NCBI RefSeq assembly: GCF_006345805.1
Contig: NC_043000.1
Span: 93,744,001-93,808,000, forward strand
Direction of reading: 5' to 3'
DNA from: Octopus sinensis
Lineage: Eukaryota
Length of the DNA: 64,000 nucleotides
The notes beneath the pieces are model-generated. The model did no database searches. It was not told where the DNA came from and worked only from the letters and a program-made list of their open reading frames with translations. The position numbers were made by a program, and so were the translations under genes. Positions 44,490 through 57,698 of this stretch are shown one piece after another; positions within the stretch are counted from its first letter, which is position 1, and every line of letters begins with the position of its first letter.

Positions 44490-44655
44490 GTGTATATATA
44501 TATATATATGATGGGCTTCTTTCAGTTTCCATCCACCAAATTCACTCATAAGACATTCATTGGCCTGAGACTATAATAGAAGATGTTTGCCCAGCGTGCC
44601 ATGCAGTGGGACTGAACCCAGAACCATGTGGTTAGGAAGCAAGCTTCTTATCACA
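44490..44655 (-). mobile_element. Family A SINE, 5' half
   Basis: Reverse complement matches the family A head. Similar halves lie at about 15095(+), 20195(-), 21640(-), 45783(+), 50760(-) and 60745(-). Confidence 0.75.
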
Positions 44656-47600
44656 TTCTGGAGTTTCCTCGATGAGCACTTGATTTCTCATATAGGGGAA
44701 TGCTGTCATCCCTTGGTTGAGGAATCAGAACACACAACAGAGAAGCTCCAGAACATCATGCCATTAAATCACCTTTTAAATAAGCTTTTGTACATTAACT
44801 TATGTATTTCATTCTTCTCCTGTTCATTATTACACACATACATATACATATGTATGTATGTGTGTGTGTGTGTGTGTCTTTCCTGTATCTTCTAGCCACT
44901 GTCTCCACCCCTGGGACAATCTGTTGTTTTTCTCCTGTCAACCCAGCCCCCCCCCCCATCTTTTTTTCACTCTTACCTCAACAACATTCTAGGCTTTTTC
45001 AGGGCCTTATCATTATTTCTCCTCTACCCTGCATTTTTGAAATCCCTATCCATTTTTGCCTCTTTCATCTCCCTCAATTATCTTCGTCTCTCTCTCCCCC
45101 CCTCTCTCTAAATATATATATATATAGTTTCTCTTCCTTCTCCTCAATTATCTTCCCTCTCCCTCACTCTTTCTCTCTTCCCCTCTCTCTCTCTCACAAT
45201 TTATATAGTTTTTTTTTTATATTTAAAAATAATAAAAATTGGCCCATTCCTAAATACCTATATGATCCCTTTTTTTCTGCTGCCTGCACCTACCTCTGCC
45301 CTACCACCAACACTGACACCTCCTCCTCTATCACCACCACCACCATCACTCCTAATACCATTCTGGTGGTGGTAGCCACAGTTATTGGTGTTCCCTTCCT
45401 CACTCGCTACTTATCTCACCTGTACTTCATCCTTGATATTCTCTCAACCTGAACTATCTCTTACATTTTTTTTTATCTTCAACTTACTTCCTTCCCATCA
45501 TCCAGTTCACCACCTTCCCTACACCTCCCCACCGAATTGCTACCTTTCCCACCCTCGGGTGAATGAGCTGTTCACCTGCCCCCCCTCCCCCCATCCAACA
45601 TCTGTAGCTACCCTCATCTCTAGTCTTAGAGATGGGGGTTTTCTTTCCCCACTTTTTTTTAGAACAGACCATCGGTTTGTTTTTGTTGTTTTTATTTTTG
45701 ATATGATATGATCTAAAGTGGGGAGGGTTGAATTTTAGGGGTGGAGTAGTTTGGGGGGTTTATATTTTTGTTATATATTTCATGCAGACATGGCTGTGTG
45801 GTAAGAAGTTTGCTTCCCAACCACATGGTTCCAGGTTCAGTCTCACTGCATTGCACCTTGGATAAGTATCTTCTACTGTAGCCTTGGGCCAACCAATGCC
45901 TTGCAAGTGGATTTGGTAGATGGAAACAGAAAGAAGCCTGTTGTGTGTGTGTGTGTGTGTGCATGAGGCTGTGTAATCTTAGTGTCTCTTTGTCTTCATA
46001 TCACATGATAGTGGTACCATCATATAAGCAGTCTTCTTTATTTGCTGCCTTCCCTGAATCCATGTCTGGTCATGGGGTGGGTGCAGGAATATTACCTTGC
46101 TTGCAAGCAATTGAAGGTCTGCAACAGGAAAGGCATCTATCTATAGAACCTCTGCCTCATCAGATTCCATCTGCCCCTTCTGAGCATGGAAATGTTGATA
46201 TTAAAACAACGATGATGAAAATATCGGTGTAGTAATAGAGGCAGTGGTGGTGGTGGTGGTGATGGTGGTGGTGGTGACAGCAGTTGTTGTTGTTGTTGTC
46301 ATATCTTTTGTCAAAGAATGTTTTTTCAATTCTACCAGAACTAACAGAGCTTATCTCTAAGTGATTGTTGATAATATGAAATACTGAATTGACATCCTTC
46401 CTAGACATTCTTTACATCTGTCTCAAGGGGAATTATTAGAAAAATAATAAATTCTAAAAACATACTGGGGGCTTCATTCAATTGTCTACATCTCTCTCTC
46501 TCTCTCTTTCTCCCCCTATCTCCTGGCCTTAACATATTATTTTGAGATAGTCAAAAGACTATAAAGACCTAGTATCAGATTGAAAGACTATTTTGTATTT
46601 AGTTTCATATTTCTGTACCCTTCAGAAGTTCTTGAGGGAAGGTAGTGCCTACAGCCCACTACAGAGCCACCGTAACTGGTCAGAGGGTAGGACTAGGTCC
46701 CTTTCATTTTCATTTATATAGAGTAGTCAAGAAGACCCTTCCTCCACAGCAGAAGTGATAATGCTGCTCCCCCTTTTTAAGAGGATTCACATGCAGGAGC
46801 CCTATAGTAGAAAGGATTATTATTATTATTCAATACTGTTTTATAATCTGTGGGGTCTGCAAAGCCCTAGAAATAGTAAAATTCAAAACTAAATGTTTTA
46901 TAGTATTCTTGGAATGTTAATTCATGGTCTGATGCTGAGGAAACATGCACCCAGTACGCTCAAGGGTTAATTGCAAATGATTAAAGAACTACATCATTTA
47001 CCATTTCACAAGAGTTGGGTGGCCAATATTGGGTTCTACATCCAGTTAGATGCTTCAGACAGTTTTGTTTCATCTCTATGTTTTTGTTCCCTACTTTGTT
47101 CAAATTCTAACCACAGTGGATTTTACATTTCATCTTCCATCGCTTGACAAAAAAAAAACATACCTAGTATTTGCTAGAGATAATTCAAAGATAATTCATT
47201 AACTCCAATGCCGTGTGAAGTTATGTTGTATATCTGCTGTCATGGGTCGGACTGATATGACCATCAGCTGGGTCCAATGTAAATTTCATCCTGCAGAAGG
47301 GGTTGTTTGGTGAACCAGATTGAAAGGACTGAAGACAGACACCTTCATCTTTTGCCAGGCCCTCATCAGATTTTTCAGGCTTCACTTGAAATTAAAAGTA
47401 AGAGTAGAAAGGGAAGTGCTGCCTCCCAGCAAATTTGTTGAAAGGTGAACAAGAGTGGTGAGCATGATTCAAGTGAAAGGTCATGCTCTGAGCATCCATT
47501 TATAGATTAAAAGAGGGCAGCAGAGAGTGAGCACTTGCATTCGTGGTCAGGATATTCATTGTTTTGTGGGGTTTTAACAAGGTTTTACCCCTTTTAAAAA

Positions 47601-47711
47601 AATTATTCATTGCATGGAATTTATTGTTTTTTTGTTACTGTTATTCTACTGTTTTTTCAACCCATAGGAGTTAATAAAGAAAATATTATTATCATTATTT
47701 CTTTTTTTCAG

Positions 47712-47895
47712 GCAAGTATGCAGCAGTATCCAAATGTGTCGATGCCAGTCAGTGTACCTCTACATAACCCTGGCTACATGGTCCAGTCTCCGATCACTTC
47801 CTCGCTGGCTCAAAATTCATCTATTAGTAGCACAACAGGTCTGCTTCAACCACATGGGGTTGGACCCAGTGTCAGTCCAAGACCAAATTCCACAG
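47712..47895 (+). CDS. MEF2: MEF2 exon: ASMQQYPNVSMPVSVPLHNPGYMVQSPITSSLAQNSSISSTTGLLQPHGVGPSVSPRPNST(G)
   Basis: Acceptor ctttttttcag, donor CAG|gttagt; 184 nt, phase 0-1, in frame with the previous exon. SMPVSVP and RPxSTG resemble the MEF2 SMSVTVPV and RPPSTG motifs. Confidence 0.92.
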
Positions 47896-47949
47896 GTTAG
47901 TATTCGATAAGCTATCTCATTATTCTGTTTCATATTTAGATAGATACAG

Positions 47950-48300
47950 GTAGGCCTATGTGGTTAAGAAGTTTGCTTTCCAGTCACATAGTTTTAAGTT
48001 CAGTCCCATTGCATGGCACCTTGGGCAAGTGTCTTCTACTATGGCTCTTGGCTAACTGTTAACCAAAGCCTTGTGAGTAGATCTGGTAGACAGAAACTAA
48101 AAGAAACCTCTGTGTGTGTGTGTGTGTTTATGTCCCCACAACTTAGTGGTTCAGCAAAAAGAGACCGATAGAATAAATTACTAGGTTTATAAAGAATAAG
48201 TCTTGTGGTGGATTTATTCGACTAAAACCCCCTTAAGTTGGTGCTCCAGCATGGCCACAGTCAATTGACTGAAACATGTAAGACAATAAAAGAGTAAAAG
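47950..48300 (+). mobile_element. Family A SINE just downstream of a MEF2 exon
   Basis: Matches 15996-16430. Confidence 0.8.
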
Positions 48301-48372
48301 AAATGTGATGTATTGAGAAGTATAGTTCTTGAATAACTTAATGTGGAGTACAGTGGGTGTGGTGTGGGAGGA

Positions 48373-48409
<37 letters not shown>

Positions 48410-49223
48410 AGAGTGGGGTCGACATTGTGATACGTCGTAAGGCAGGTTGAAACTTCTTGCAACAGAAACATGTCGACAAGTTCGGCACAAGAATTTAAAT
48501 GCTATGTTTCAAGTAAGAGGGAAGGCAATGATGATGACGGCGATGAAGACGATGGCGACGGCGACGACAATGATGATGATGATGGTGATGATGATTATGA
48601 CAATAATGATGATGGTGATGATGATCAGGATGTGGATGATGATGGCGATGATGATCGGGACAATGCTGACGATGACGACAACAATGATGATAACGGCTGA
48701 TATGGTGATGATAAGAGTGGTGGTTTTGCTGCTGCTCGTGGTGGTTTTGCTGCTGCTCGTGGTGGTGGTGGTGGTGGTGACTATGGTAATTTCAATGACG
48801 AACAAGAAAAGAAAACGAAACTGTACAATAGGAAAATCTACCGTCGTCAACCCCACAATTTCTCAAAAGCTGTCAGTTACTCTGTTGCAACATTTAAACA
48901 CCGAGTGCAGACTGTCTGGTTCCGATATACAGTTTAAGAAAATATCAGATTTTTCTTGGTTGCAGTATATAACAAGTATACATGCAGTCTAGTCTGTTGG
49001 GATGCATTTTACTAAGTAAAGTGATCTACTTATCAGAAAGTGGGATCATATTGCTTTTCATCTGCTACATAACATTTTCAGAGTTTCACAATTTCTGTGC
49101 ACTCCATCTAGCAGTGAACAAAAAAAAGAATATATATATATATATGTATCTTTAAACCATGTGTGTGTGTATATATATATGCATATATTTATCTATATTG
49201 TGTGCATATGTCAATTTCTCCAT

Positions 49224-49265
<42 letters not shown>

Positions 49266-49390
49266 TTATTAATTGCTGGCATGTATATGTGTGTGTAGGA
49301 ATGTATATATATATATGTATACACACACACACGCACGCGCACTCATATATATATTGTGTATATATATATACATGTGTGTGTGTATATATG

Positions 49391-49421
<31 letters not shown>

Positions 49422-51031
49422 GTATGTATATGTATGTGTATGTATGTATGTATTGTACAAAAAAGAAATTTGAATTAAATAAAAAAAAAGTTCAGAAATG
49501 GAAAAAACGAATTTTTTTTTTAAAATGAGGAAAACTTAAATTTAATGTTTGTTCAAGCATGAAGTGAAAGAAGAGGTTAACCTACCGATAGATTATAGCA
49601 AAAGTAAAAGTTTTGCCAAGAGAAAGTAGAGGAAATTCCAAAGTATCTTTTAGTTTTAACATGCAATGATTTTTACTGGAGTCTTGGAGAATATTACTTA
49701 CTTATCATGACTTTCACATTTCTTTTATTTCAATTATTTGTTCTTGTCATTTCCATTGCTGTTGTTGATGTTACTTATAAAAGCATTACCATCCACACAA
49801 CTTAAAGTAATGTTTCAAAAAAATTTTTTTTCTTATTGACTAAAATACAAACGTTTATTTATTTATTATTTTTTTTGGCTCTGCGTCTTTTATATAAGTC
49901 CTTTTAGTTTGTCATCATTTTTTCATTCCCCGCCCTCACCTTTTTTATTTCCTTTTTATATTTTGTTGTCACACACATGAGCTTGTAAGAATAATGTAAA
50001 AGTTTGAAAGTCTCTTGGAAGCCTTTTAAGGGGCCAGAACTTGGCTCCAGTTTTATGATATAAAAACAGAAATCCACATAAATGGGACACCAGCCTATTA
50101 TTGCAGGAAGCATTACTGATGACCAAGTATCCACCCTTAAGAGATAAGCGAATTACATCTGCCATCCAACTATGCAACCAAACACATTCTCTATGGGCTG
50201 GTAACTCAATACAATATCCTCTCAGCCATCTTACTTTTACTGTGATTGGGTGTTCCAGAGAGATGTACAGACATTATGAGAAAGCACGATTTTGACACTT
50301 TCTGTGACTTTATTGTTTTATGACAGCTGATGCAGTTTTTTCCTTAATTCTGAGTTCAAATCTTGCTAGTGTTAGCAATGCTTTCTGACATTACCAAATG
50401 GCTACATATTTCTGGGTATTAGACTAGAATCACTTAAATGACATCCAGAACTTGATTGTCACTCTACTTTACTGACCCTGGAACAATGATTTTTACTGGC
50501 CCGGGCATGGTTTGAACTCAGAACATAGAGAGCCAATAAGTTCCACTTTTCCATGCTTCCTTGGATTAGATAGAATTTGTTGAATCAGATGCTTTTCCTG
50601 TTGCCACTGCCCTCCTGTTTCCACACAATTTAATATTTCCACATGTCCTGACATGTTTTCATGGCAGATTGGAAGTGACCAACACCACTTATGCATTAGT
50701 GACACTCTTTTACAACTATTACATGATATCAAGACTAGGAGACACACAAACACATACATAAATACGTGTGTGTGTTTGTGTTATGGGCTTCTTTCAGTTT
50801 CTCTCTACCAAATACATTCATAAGACTTTGGTCGGCCCAATGCAATAGCAGGAAATACTTTCCCAAAGTTCTTCACAATGGTAATAAACACAGGGTCATA
50901 TGGTTAGGAAACAAACTTCTTCAAATAAAGAAATAGCTTCATTATTGTGTGAGCAAAAGCTAGCAATCCAAAGTGACCATTCCTATAAACTAAGCCAATA
51001 CCATAACAACTTTTGTTCTAAAATACACTCT

Positions 51032-51066
<35 letters not shown>

Positions 51067-51150
51067 CACACACACACTGATAACCATATGCATAATTACA
51101 TATACTCAAATATGTTAAGAATCATTTCTTTTTTTAAAATTTTGTTGTAG

Positions 51151-51335
51151 GTGGAATGGTCGATCTCAGTACCTCTGCTGCTAATAGCTATCAGCAGAGA
51201 TCTTCGCCCAGCACATCTCCTGGGGTCTTGTCGAACAAAGTTATGACCAAACAGTCTCCGAATTCACAGCAGAGACAGACCCATAACTTGCGAGTCATGA
51301 TACCAAACTGCAGAGGAGATATGATGAATTCAGAG
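51151..51335 (+). CDS. MEF2: MEF2 exon: (G)GMVDLSTSAANSYQQRSSPSTSPGVLSNKVMTKQSPNSQQRQTHNLRVMIPNCRGDMMNSE
   Basis: Acceptor tttgttgtag, donor GAG|gtaact; 185 nt, phase 1-0. KQSP and NLRVMIP correspond to the MEF2 KSPPP and DLRVLIP motifs. Confidence 0.92.
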
Positions 51336-51429
51336 GTAACTACTGTTGCTAGTATCTTGTCATATTCTCCCATTGGTAATATTGTCACTGCTTTTGTTTT
51401 ATTGTTCTCATTGTTGTTGCTGTCATTGT

Positions 51430-51940
51430 TTAGGCTCAATTCAGCTTTTTTTATTTGCTTGATGAAGGAGTCGAATGAGGTGGGGCTAAATCTAAGATCA
51501 GAAATGTTCTTGTTGAAATGTCCTGTTCCATGTTTCAATATATTAGACAGGGAGTGAATCTGTGTCCTTCTTTTAGATATGAAATGGTGTGGCATAATGC
51601 TTAGTTGGCTCCCATTTCATGCAGGTCAAGCAGTTGTTTAATAGGCCCTTCAATGGCTCAATACTGTGTTTGTTGTTTTTGTTGCAGTCAATGTTCAGCC
51701 ATTTTTTTGTTTTGTTTCATGAAGGGGTCGAATGAGGAGGAGCTAAATCTAAGATCAGAGATATTCTTGTTGTGACATGTCCCATGTTTCCATATATTTG
51801 GAAGAAAGTAAATCATCCAGTGTGTCCTTCTTTAAAAAACGAAACAGTGAAACTTAATGCTTAGTTGGCTCCCATTTCATGCAGGTCAAGCAAATGTGTA
51901 GCAGATCCTTTGATGATTCAATACTGTTTATGTTGTTGTT
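51430..51940. repeat. Diverged tandem duplication of about 255 bp
   Basis: Two units share gtcgaatgagg..g.gctaaatctaagatcaga and an identical taatgcttagttggctcccatttcatgcaggtcaagca. Confidence 0.85.
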
Positions 51941-52130
51941 GTTATTATAATCATAAAAAGCAATCTGGCCTTGACCATCTTGTCTTGGTCTTTTCTATTT
52001 AATCAATCGGTTATACTTTATCAAAGACCACATTACTCAATGAGTTCATAAGACAACAATGTGTGATTTGAGAGTGAGAACGATATTGTTGCTATTTCTA
52101 GTAGGTTGAGCAACCCTTGTAGAAGCTCCC

Positions 52131-53020
52131 ATATCATCATCATCATCATCGTCGTTTTACGTCCGTTCTCCATGCTAGCATGGGTTGGACGGTTTTCGAC
52201 CGTGGTTCTGGGAAGCCAGAAGGCTGCACCAGGCTCCAGTCTAATTGGCAATGTTTCTACAGCTGGATGCCCTTCCTAACGCCAACCACTCCGTGAGTGT
52301 AGTGGGTGCTTTTTACGTGCCACCTGCACAGGTGCCAGGCGGGGCTGGCAACGGCCACGGTCAGATTGGTGTATTTTATGTGCCACCGGCACGGAAGCCA
52401 GTCTAGGCGGTGCTGGCATCGGCCACGAGTCGGATAGTGCTTTTTACGTACCACCAGACCAGGGATCCTGGCTGGTTCAATTCGATTTCGATTTCGCTTG
52501 CCCCAACATGTCTTCACAAGCAAGGGGGTTGGCAAGGGTGCCTGTCGTACGGTCGCATTGGAGTATTTTACGTGCCACGGCCACGAGTCGGATAGTGCTT
52601 TTTACGTACCACCAGACCAGGGATCCTGGCTGGTTCAATTCGATTTCGATTTCGATTTCGCTTGCCCCAACATGTCTTCACAAGCAAAGGGGGTTGGCAT
52701 GGGTGCCTGTCGTACGGTCGCATTGGAGTATTTTACGTGCCACGGCCCCGAGTCGGATAGTGCTTTTTACGTACCACCAGGCCAGGGATCCTGGCTGGTT
52801 CAATTCGGTTTCGATTTCGATTCGATTTCGATTTCGCTTGCCCCAACATGTCTTCGCAAGCATGGGGGGTTGGGATGGGTGTCTGTCGTCGGATGAGGTT
52901 CTATATCGACTTCGCTTGCCTCAACCGGTCTTTGTGTCCAAGGGAGGAAAGGCATTCATAAGTGGGCTGGGCTCACTTGTCCTGCCTGGTCTTCTCACGT
53001 ACAGAATATTTCCTACCTCA
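52131..53020 (-). mobile_element. Family C element with an internal ~160-bp tandem array (about 3 units) containing variable (TTCGAT)n
   Basis: Unit starts ggcc(a/c)cgagtcggatag at 52421, 52579 and 52744. Confidence 0.8.
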
Positions 53021-53249
53021 TAAAGGTTTCCTTATCAGATAGCTGGCAGCTCCTCTCACTGTGTTGCTTGAAGCACTCTCAATTGGTGGCTACATGCTCC
53101 TTCATTCATTGGCTCCTCTAGAAGTTTTATTGTTAGTTTCTAACAGTGATTCTACTCTGGACCATCAAGTCAATAATGGCTGACCCACAGTAACTTCTTT
53201 AACCATTGCTTTGACCTTGTAATGGAATTTTTATTGAACATGAAGATGA

Positions 53250-53511
53250 TTTGGACTACTACTAATACTACTACTGCTGCTGCTGCCACTTCTACTACTA
53301 CTGCTGCTGCTGCCACTACTTTAACTACTACTACTGCTGCTGCTGCTGCTACTGCTGCTACTACTACTACTACTGCTGCTACTACTACTACAACTTCTGC
53401 TGCTACAGCCACTACTGCTGCTGCTACTACTACTACAACTTCAGCTGCTACTACTGCTACGGCTACTACTACTGCTGTTACAACTGCTACTGCTGCTGCT
53501 ACTACTACTGA

Positions 53512-53546
<35 letters not shown>

Positions 53547-53570
53547 TTACTACTACTACTGACAGTACAA
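53250..53570. repeat. (CTA/CTG)n cryptic trinucleotide array just upstream of a MEF2 exon
   Basis: Seen directly. Similar (CAT/CAC)n and (GAT)n fields lie at 18620-19460 and 48530-48790. Confidence 0.9.
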
Positions 53571-53643
53571 CCTCAGTCACTGTTTACAGATTAACAACAA
53601 TTTGCGTCTATTCATTCTTTTTTTGTTTTTGATTGTATTTCAG

Positions 53644-53752
53644 TCACAACCAAGGAACACCAATGTGCTTGGTACCTCGATAGGATCAATGACAAATCCT
53701 GGAATGCCAGGTTCCAGTTATCCGTCCGCGCTTCCAAACTCTTTTCAGCCAA
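53644..53752 (+). CDS. MEF2: MEF2 exon: SQPRNTNVLGTSIGSMTNPGMPGSSYPSALPNSFQP(N)
   Basis: Acceptor tgtatttcag, donor CAA|gtgagt; 109 nt, phase 0-1. SYPSAL matches the MEF2 GYPSAI motif. Confidence 0.88.
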
Positions 53753-53811
53753 GTGAGTGAAATTTGTTGTTGCCTCTTTCCAAAATAATACAACTCTTGA
53801 GTTTACATGTG

Positions 53812-53853
<42 letters not shown>

Positions 53854-54269
53854 TAATATATATATATATGTATGTATGTATCTATGAATATGCATATATA
53901 TATATATAAACACACACACATGTTTAAATTTTAGATACATTATGATAATGCTTATGTATTTTTATGCATGTGTGTGTGTGTATGTGTGTGTATATAACTG
54001 ATTTTTCTGCCAACTTTGCAGACTTCTCCTATGTAACACCCATGTCATACTGGCAAAAAAAACACATTCCTCAAACATCATACCTACTTATCTGACATTT
54101 GCACATATACACATAAATACGTAAGCAGACACATATATTCATATATATATATATATATATATGCATGCATGTGATGTGTGTTTGTGTGTGTGTGTGCACA
54201 TTGTAGTGTTGAAATTCATGTTTTGTGTTTATCCTTGTCTCCATTAAGAAGAGACTATTTATAACACAA

Positions 54270-54840
54270 AATATTTATAGGTGGTCAACTGTTTGTTACA
54301 ACATACAATAATTTGCACAATTCATCCCGTTGATGTAGGGGCCTGGGTTCCCAAGGATTTTCCATGAGATCAGGTATGGAATCTCATCTTCTCTTAGTTA
54401 CCAGACGTGGCTGGCCAGTGAAATTGCATATCCTCTTTCTGGAACTCTGAAGGAAGACCTATGGTTGGAAAGACGCTGCTTGAAAGAGTTCCCGGAACAT
54501 CCAATGAATCTCAGTGGGCATGTGTTGTTGGTGCTGTACCTTCTGGTCTTCTTCAACAGGGAACATCCTTAACTCCAGAATGGAAATTTTCCAGCCATGT
54601 TTACATTTCAAGAGGTACTTTCTAGCTTTCTGGAGCCCACAAGATGGTGGCACAGCTGGAAGTTGATAGCCAATAGCAAAGGGTGATAATCCCCGATTGT
54701 TATCATTGTGTAGTGAGGCATTTCCCCCTCCATATTTTTAAGAGGTCATGGGCCAACAGGTTTTGGGATCTGATGATATGCCATAAAGCTGAAAAAGGTT
54801 CCTGGGAGTTCTGCAAGAATGAGTGAGATAAGCTAATGGT
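54270..54840 (-). pseudogene. Penelope-like element ORF remnant, GIY-YIG endonuclease C-terminal part
   Basis: 54508->54315 translates as FIGCSGNSFKQRLSNHRSSFRVPERGYAISLASHVW*LREDEIPYLISWKILGNPGPYINGMNC. This matches the recalled PLE pattern YIG.T..FK.R..NH..SF...LS..IW.L....Y.I.WKIL...PY.NG..C, with one internal stop. Confidence 0.8.
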
Positions 54841-56682
54841 AGCTTCAATATATATATATATGCTAATGGTAGCTTCAATATATATATATATGCTATTTAC
54901 CACATGAACTACGTCATCATCTTCATCATTTAACGTCCGCTTTCCATGCTCGCATGAGTTGGACGATTTGACTGAGGTCTGGTGAACCAGACTCCAATCT
55001 TTATCTGGCAGAGTTTCTACAGCTGGATGCCCTTCCTAATGCCAACCACTCCGAGAGTGTAGTGGGTGCTTTTACGTGCCACCGGCATGAGGGCCAGTTT
55101 GGTGGTACTAGCAACGGCCATGCTCAAATGGTGCTTTTTACATGCCACCTGCACAGGAGCCAGTCCAGCGGCACTGGCGACGAATATTTCACATGCCACC
55201 AGCACAAGTGCTAGTAAGGCGATGCGGTATTGAAAAATATATGAGAAAGATATGATATATGACTATTTTAGGAAGGGGTTCCTTGAGACATGTAATTTAT
55301 TTTTAAGGGTTACACAAGGGTAAAAAGTTTGAGAAACATTCATATATATGATGGACTCTCCCTGTTCAGGATGACATATGGGTATTCAGGTTTTGCCAAA
55401 TGACCTGCACAAATGTGTTTTTTTTATAGTAATCAAATATATGTGTTGCACATTAGTTCACTCCCTCCATCGAATCAATGTTGTCTGAAGGAGTGCACTC
55501 TGTACCACACATCAGTTGTCAAATTAATCACAGAGCACTGTGAGATGAATGCACCACTCAGTCTAAGAATTTAAACCACAATCGCTTTATCTTGAGTGCA
55601 ACAGCCTAACCACTATACCATGCACCCTCAATATGTATATATATATATTGTATATATATGTATATATATATGTATAATATATGTATATATATATGTATAT
55701 ATATATATATATGTATATATGTATATATATATATATATATATATTTAAAATTAAATAAGGGTAGAAATTGATATTAATTAAAACCAGTGGCCTAGCATAT
55801 TTAAAAACCATCTGAAGTGGTCAACCCTCTACATTTTGTGTGTGTGTGTGTGTGGTGTGTGTGTGCGTGCGTGTGTGTTTCTATATATAGACAGATATAT
55901 CTGTCTATATCTATATATAGATAGGTACCTGTTTATTTTGCCTCTTATTTCAGGCATATTTTTGTGATTGTTGCTATATATACATACTTATATATCTATA
56001 TGCACAGATGTGTATACGCACGCGCACACACAGATACATGCACGCACGCACACATACACACACACAGATACACACACATGCACACACAAATATCTATATA
56101 TAAATATATATGCAGTCATATAAGAGCCCATAAGTCAAGAAAAAAGAAGCAGGCATTTGTATCTTTATCAACAAAGCAGGCATATTAATATTCATACAAT
56201 ACAGTATTATATTCAACCAATCTTACCAATCAGTTTTAAACATGAGAGCTTGAGAAACCTAATCTCTACACTCATCATGCATGAAACCAGTGGGTAAAAT
56301 CAGCTGAAATGGATCTGTAATGCCATATTATAAAAATATTAACATATATGTGTATGTGTATTTACATACATGATCATATACATATATCATGTGCATACAC
56401 TATGTATCAATGTATATATATATAAATATATATTTGTGTGTATGTATATATATATATAATGTATATGTATGAGTGTGTGTATATATATATATGTATATGT
56501 ATATATATATGTATATGTCTATATATATCATCATCATCATCATCATCGTTTAATGATGATGATATATATAGACACATACATATATATATATGTATATGTA
56601 TGTCTATATATATATATGTATATGTATGTGTGTGTGTATATATATATATATGTATATGTGTGTGTGTGTGTATGTATGCATG

Positions 56683-56716
<34 letters not shown>

Positions 56717-56839
56717 CACTGTTCCACCATTGACTACCATGCAATCTAATTATCATTCAGTGGAGTACAGCTTACCCTAGAAAGTTTTAACTTTACAGAG
56801 GTTGTAAAAAGCCAAGACAAATTGAGATATACCACAGCC

Positions 56840-56995
56840 TAATAATGGCTTAGCTGGCCAAAACTTCGAAGTTTTGGACAGCTAAGTTAATATTATTCTC
56901 ATTAGGGAATAATAAATTTGTACTCTATCAAATGTATTGAGTAAACCTTCAGTTCAATGTAAAATTTTTCTTATTTTAACATTAAAACAAGCATT
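56840..56995 (+). mobile_element. PLE pLTR fragment (5621 family) with a local inversion centred on the CTTCGAAG palindrome
   Basis: cttagctggccaaaa-cttcgaag-ttttggacagctaag is a 38-bp near-perfect palindrome followed by the family tail. Confidence 0.7.
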
Positions 56996-57028
56996 AAGAT
57001 ATGAATATATTTAAATGAACATTTGCAT

Positions 57029-57105
<77 letters not shown>

Positions 57106-57173
57106 CATACATCATACATACATACATACATACATATATATGCATATATAATATATATATATACATACATACA

Positions 57174-57209
<36 letters not shown>

Positions 57210-57650
57210 TATATGTGTATATATATATGTATATATATATGTGTATATGTATATGTAAATGTATTTATATGTATATATATGTATATATATATATATATGT
57301 ATATATATATGTATATGTATATATATGTGCGTGTGTGTTCGCGCTAATATCAAACAATGAGAATGAGTGTTCTACACCACTTTGGTGGATAAATATTCTC
57401 ATTGACAATGGAAAAGACTACCAACGTCCTGTGTGGCAAGCTTGATAATTGCTGAGAAGTCTCTGTATGAAACCATTGGAAGCTTCGTTAGCCAACAAAT
57501 AAAAAAGAAAGTATATATACGTATATGTATGTATACACTTGCTCAGTTATTAGAATTTATCTTCTTCATTTTCTACTCAATGTTCTTCCAGACATGTTCA
57601 CATGTAATATCTATTATTTGTAGAATTTTATGTAAATTCTTATTTTGTAG

Positions 57651-57698
57651 ACAATCACAACCAGATGTATGTTGACCGCACACAAGGATCTCCAGATT
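57651..57698 (+). CDS. MEF2: Candidate 48-nt cassette exon of MEF2: (N)NHNQMYVDRTQGSPD(Y)
   Basis: Acceptor ttcttattttgtag, donor ATT|gtaagt; 48 nt, phase 1-1, with no stop in the frame set by the flanking exons. No homology support recognised. Confidence 0.55.

Noticed and set aside
41569-47711. A second, mutually exclusive alpha-type exon as in vertebrate MEF2
   Set aside because: No paralogous sequence was seen by eye on either side of exon 41428; a tBLASTn search would settle it.
54765-54810. CTGATGA...GAAA hammerhead-like motif (similar partial hits at 8301, 15828, 42557, 46930 and 47363)
   Set aside because: Stems I, II or III cannot form, or GAAA is missing. The 15800-15960 and 42535-42720 regions are related dispersed repeats of unclear class.
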